A stretch of DNA of 64,000 nucleotides, taken from the NCBI GenBank assembly GCA_963822945.1, contig CAWGJO010000035.1, positions 35,008 to 99,007 of the forward strand. The letters run 5' to 3'. This DNA is from an uncultured Gemmatimonadaceae bacterium. Its GTDB lineage: Bacteria; Gemmatimonadota; Gemmatimonadetes; Gemmatimonadales; Gemmatimonadaceae. Position numbers and translations under genes: made by a program. Every line of letters starts with the position of its first letter. The first letter of the stretch is position 1. Below, piece by piece: positions 62,082-64,000 of the stretch. Under the pieces are notes generated by a model. The model worked only from the letters and a program-made list of their open reading frames with translations, did not search any database and was not told the DNA's origin.

Positions 62082-62881
62082 GTGCGACGGAACACGGATG
62101 CGAATCCGAACTGGTAGGGCGATGCGTACCACGGCGAAATCGGGGTACGATTGAGGTGGTAGGGGCTGTCCCCCGGCTTCACGGCCCCACCGAACGCGGA
62201 GAGACAGCAGGTGAAGCCCGCGCGGCGGACCGCCTCGCGGTTCTCTTCGGCGATCTGGTGCCGGCGGCCGTAGGGATAGCTGAAGAAGTCCACCGGCGCG
62301 CCGAGTTCCTGTTCCAGCCGCGCCTTCGAACCCGCGATCTCGGCGAACGATACGTCCCCGACCGACACCCCGAGGTCCAGATGGCTCATCGTGTGCGCGC
62401 CGATCTCGAATCCCTGCGCATGCAGCGACCTTACCTGGTCCCAGTTCATCCATTCGGACGGGATGCCCAACTCCTCGTCCCACCAGGGCACGCAGTCGGA
62501 ACCGATGTAACCGGTGACGACGAAAAAGCACGCTGGGAGGCCGAGGCGCGCCAGCATGGGCGCGGCGTCACTATAGTTGTCCAGATACCCGTCGTCGAAG
62601 GTGATCGCGAGACAGTTGCTCACATCGTCGCCGCGGAGAAGCCGATCGAGGAGCTCGCGCAGCGAGATGACCGTGTAAAAGCGCTTGAAGAACTTCAGGA
62701 ATTTCCAAAACTCGGAGCGCGTGCTGTTGATGGGCGTGCCGGGATAACGGTCGTCCACCCGATGGAAGAGGACGATGACCGCGCGGTCGGCGGACAGCCA
62801 CCGGTGAAGCCCGAGGTGGAACACGAGCCAACCGAGCATTGTCTTGATCCGGTTCTTGGCGGGCGCAAGGCGGCGGGTCAC
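62078..62881 (-). CDS. Polysaccharide deacetylase (CE4)
   Basis: FHRV, ITFDDGY, GAHTMSH, FSYPYG. Confidence 0.92.
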   Translation of the reverse strand: MTRRLAPAKNRIKTMLGWLVFHLGLHRWLSADRAVIVLFHRVDDRYPGTPINSTRSEFWKFLKFFKRFYTVISLRELLDRLLRGDDVSNCLAITFDDGYLDNYSDAAPMLARLGLPACFFVVTGYIGSDCVPWWDEELGIPSEWMNWDQVRSLHAQGFEIGAHTMSHLDLGVSVGDVSFAEIAGSKARLEQELGAPVDFFSYPYGRRHQIAEENREAVRRAGFTCCLSAFGGAVKPGDSPYHLNRTPISPWYASPYQFGFASVFRRT

Positions 62882-63266
62882 AGGCCGCCCACCGACGATC
62901 GTTCGACGAGCGTCTCGGTCTCCAAGAGCCGTTCTTCTGCCGGGGGGCGGATCAACGCACCCAACATTGGACCTGTCCTATGCTCCCGGGGGGGAGCGTT
63001 CAGGGCGGCGAGGTGAGGGGGTCGACGGCGGCCGCAGCGCCACCGACTATCGGGGAGACCTGCAATTCTAGCGCGAGCTTTACGCCACCGATACGGTATG
63101 CACGAACAAGGTTGCGTCGACGTAACAATGACCTCCCGTCCGCCCAGACTGAGGAATCTGGAGGCGCTCCTGCCGAATCGCGGGTCCGGGTCACTGTTGG
63201 GTCTTCTTTGAGGCGCGACCGCCACACCCCGTGATCCCGCCTCACACCGAACGCCAGTTCCTCGCC

Positions 63267-63370
63267 ATGTGCGGAATTGCCCGCTACTGGTCCGGGGTCG
63301 CACACGGACCATCGCTCGTCGCCGCGTTCACCGACATTCCGGCCCATCGGGACCTCTATGCCCCCGGTGT
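63267..63370 (+). pseudogene. N-terminal remnant of an AsnB-like glutamine amidotransferase
   Basis: MCGIARYW...DIPAHRDL resembles a degenerate MCGIAG...HRGPD; the similarity does not continue. Confidence 0.45.
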
Positions 63371-63516
63371 CGGCGCACCGATCACGGCCGGATCGCCCGG
63401 GACCACTGCCGGTTCGCCGCCATCGATCCCGGATCCGACGCGCGCGAGCCGAAGTGCCCATCAGTGCACGCGTGGACCTCTCGTGCGTTACGACCGATCG
63501 AGCGTGTCGAGCGGGC

Positions 63517-64000
63517 TCAAGATTGAGAAGCCGTTCCTTGGCGGCTGGTGAGGTACGCGCTCTCGCTCCCTGATACGAGTATGCTCGTTAGCGGGTTGAC
63601 CACGGGCGTACCGCGAGACGCAGTGCCCGAGGCCTTCCATACCGCCGTGGGCATCGACCTTAGTATCCGGTGAGACCACCCGGTCCTGCTGAAGCAGCCG
63701 ACAGGATCTTCGGCCGACCCCGGCTCGATCGCGCCAGCGAGTACCCTGGTGGCGCGCGTGGCGCTGACGGTTTCGAAGTCGGCACCGCGAGCGACGCCGG
63801 GCATCGCGCTCGCAGTTCTACTGCTCTCCCCCACCGGCGGCCTCACCGGCGCCACCTCGGCTGCGCCCGCGGCGTTCAGTTTGGCGCGCAGTGCGGGCAT
63901 TCCCTCCGCGATGAAAACGTTGAGTGCGCCCACGGCCGTGGTGAGTTCGGCGGTGAGATGTTCGAGCGTGCGCTGTTGCGCCTCGGTTGGCGCCAGCGAC
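63517..64000 (-). CDS. C-terminus of a gene entering from beyond the window
   Basis: APTEAQQRTLEHLTAELTTAVGALNVFIAEGMPALRAKLN helical tail, reminiscent of large BNR/VPS10-type proteins. The true stop may lie near 63820. Confidence 0.4.
   Translation of the reverse strand, partial: SLAPTEAQQRTLEHLTAELTTAVGALNVFIAEGMPALRAKLNAAGAAEVAPVRPPVGESSRTASAMPGVARGADFETVSATRATRVLAGAIEPGSAEDPVGCFSRTGWSHRILRSMPTAVWKASGTASRGTPVVNPLTSILVSGSESAYLTSRQGTASQS

Noticed and set aside
36700..63400. Integrative mobile element
   Set aside because: No integrase, transposase, tRNA or flanking direct repeat recognised.

Overview
GC-rich bacterial window; the gene repertoire suggests Gemmatimonadota (inference). About 1-36 kb is core-type metabolism: TPR proteins, psuG, a kynureninase-like enzyme and permease, a patatin-ferredoxin fusion, an HxlR/YceI/VOC module, an iodotyrosine-deiodinase-like nitroreductase, two MscS channels, nitrilase, acnA, a UGA-readthrough (selenocysteine) peroxiredoxin, glycerate kinase, aguBA, an SBP-MCP pair, an M28 peptidase, queCE, a Na+/solute symporter and uppP. 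About 36.7-63.4 kb is a somewhat more AT-rich surface-polysaccharide region. It contains an Ig-repeat/DUF4038 protein, glycosyltransferases, Wzm/Wzt, a sigma54-preceded CDP-sugar/C-methyltransferase operon, and an unusual module of Sfp PPTase, stand-alone A-T-TE NRPS-like enzyme, TPP enzyme, ATP-grasp ligase and polysaccharide deacetylase. Many genes at 44-62 kb, plus acnA and a cystathionine lyase, carry single-base frameshifts, probably read errors, so their coordinates are reconstructed by eye. No rRNA, tRNA, CRISPR array, integrase or transposase was recognised. All product calls come from motif recognition, not database searches.
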